A stretch of DNA of 20,000 nt from assembly GCF_004010195.1 (NCBI RefSeq), contig NC_057749.1, positions 25,002,241-25,022,240 on the forward strand, read 5' to 3'. The number at the start of each line of letters is the position of its first letter. Within the stretch, counting starts at the first letter, position 1. Positions 19,456-20,000 of this stretch are shown piece after piece. The position numbers were made by a program, and so were the translations under genes. Under the pieces are notes generated by a model. The model worked only from the letters and a program-made list of their open reading frames with translations, ran no database searches and was not told where the DNA came from. This DNA is from Chiloscyllium plagiosum (lineage: Eukaryota).

Positions 19456-20000
19456 TCTTTCCACGTTTTCTTTCTCCTTGTCCTTTCCCCTCCTCCACTT
19501 TTACCAACTTCACCTTTCCCTCCTATCCCCCTCTTGTTACCCACCTTCCTTTATCCACCCACCTCTCCTCCTCTCTCCTTCTCTGCTCCACCTCTCCTGT
19601 TCCTTTTCCCTCACCCCATTTTCCCCTCACTCTTTCGCTTCCCATTCCCCCTATTCTCTTCACCTCCCTTCCCCAACTCCTGCTCTGCTTTTAAACCCTT
19701 TCCTTTCCCACTGCCCTTTTCCTTTCTCCTCCCCTTTCTCCCTCCCTTTCCAGGTTTTTATCCCTTCCCTTCATCCCCTTCCTCTCCTCATTTCCTCTCT
19801 ACTAGCACGCTGCTTTCCCCTTTCCCTGGCTCCTTCTCTATCTCTCTCCCCGCTCTTTGTTCCTCCAAATCATTCACCTTTCCATTTGCACTCCTCTCCG
19901 CTCTGTCACCCCTCCATTTCCCAACACCACCACCCCTCAGGTCACCCCAGCATCCCCTCATGCCACCCACCTACCTCTCCCCACCCCCCTTCTTTCCCCC
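19456..20000. repeat. Long polypyrimidine (C/T-rich) low-complexity tract running off the window
   Basis: More than 500 bp strongly depleted of G and A on the plus strand, with no fixed period. Confidence 0.92.

Noticed and set aside
19449..19970. Pro/Ser/Phe/Leu-rich and Gly/Arg/Glu-rich ORFs (also 15823-16238)
   Set aside because: Stop-poor frames caused by low-complexity pyrimidine tracts; some span the N gap.
1..20000. CRISPR array or prokaryotic operon/defence system
   Set aside because: No regularly spaced repeats and no gene-dense structure; the content is vertebrate retroelement DNA.

Overview
Repeat-dominated, apparently non-coding (intergenic or intronic) vertebrate DNA. It is almost certainly from a shark or other elasmobranch, inferred from many HE1-type V-SINEs and HER1-type CR1 LINEs. 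No intact protein-coding gene is supported; the listed ORFs are mostly transposon remnants or chance frames. The window is a layered mosaic of CR1/HER1 fragments, a second CR1-group (L2/Crack-like) LINE family, a Rex1/Babar fragment, HE1, Deu-type and other tRNA-derived SINEs, an LTR-like element, pyrimidine tracts and a 64-N gap. Several insertions are nested, with visible target-site duplications (TSDs). The most notable signal is about 10 Penelope-like element (PLE) terminal-repeat pieces carrying minimal hammerhead ribozyme (HHR) motifs. These include a ~230-bp fold-back element with an HHR core on each strand (2742-2972), a 98-bp HHR mini-insert with a perfect 12-bp TSD (18770-18867), and a decayed PLE with GIY-YIG remnants (548-1135). 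Repeat-poor islands at about 3050-3680 and 13260-15540 may be regulatory. Family names come from recalled consensus motifs, not database searches, and most boundaries are approximate.
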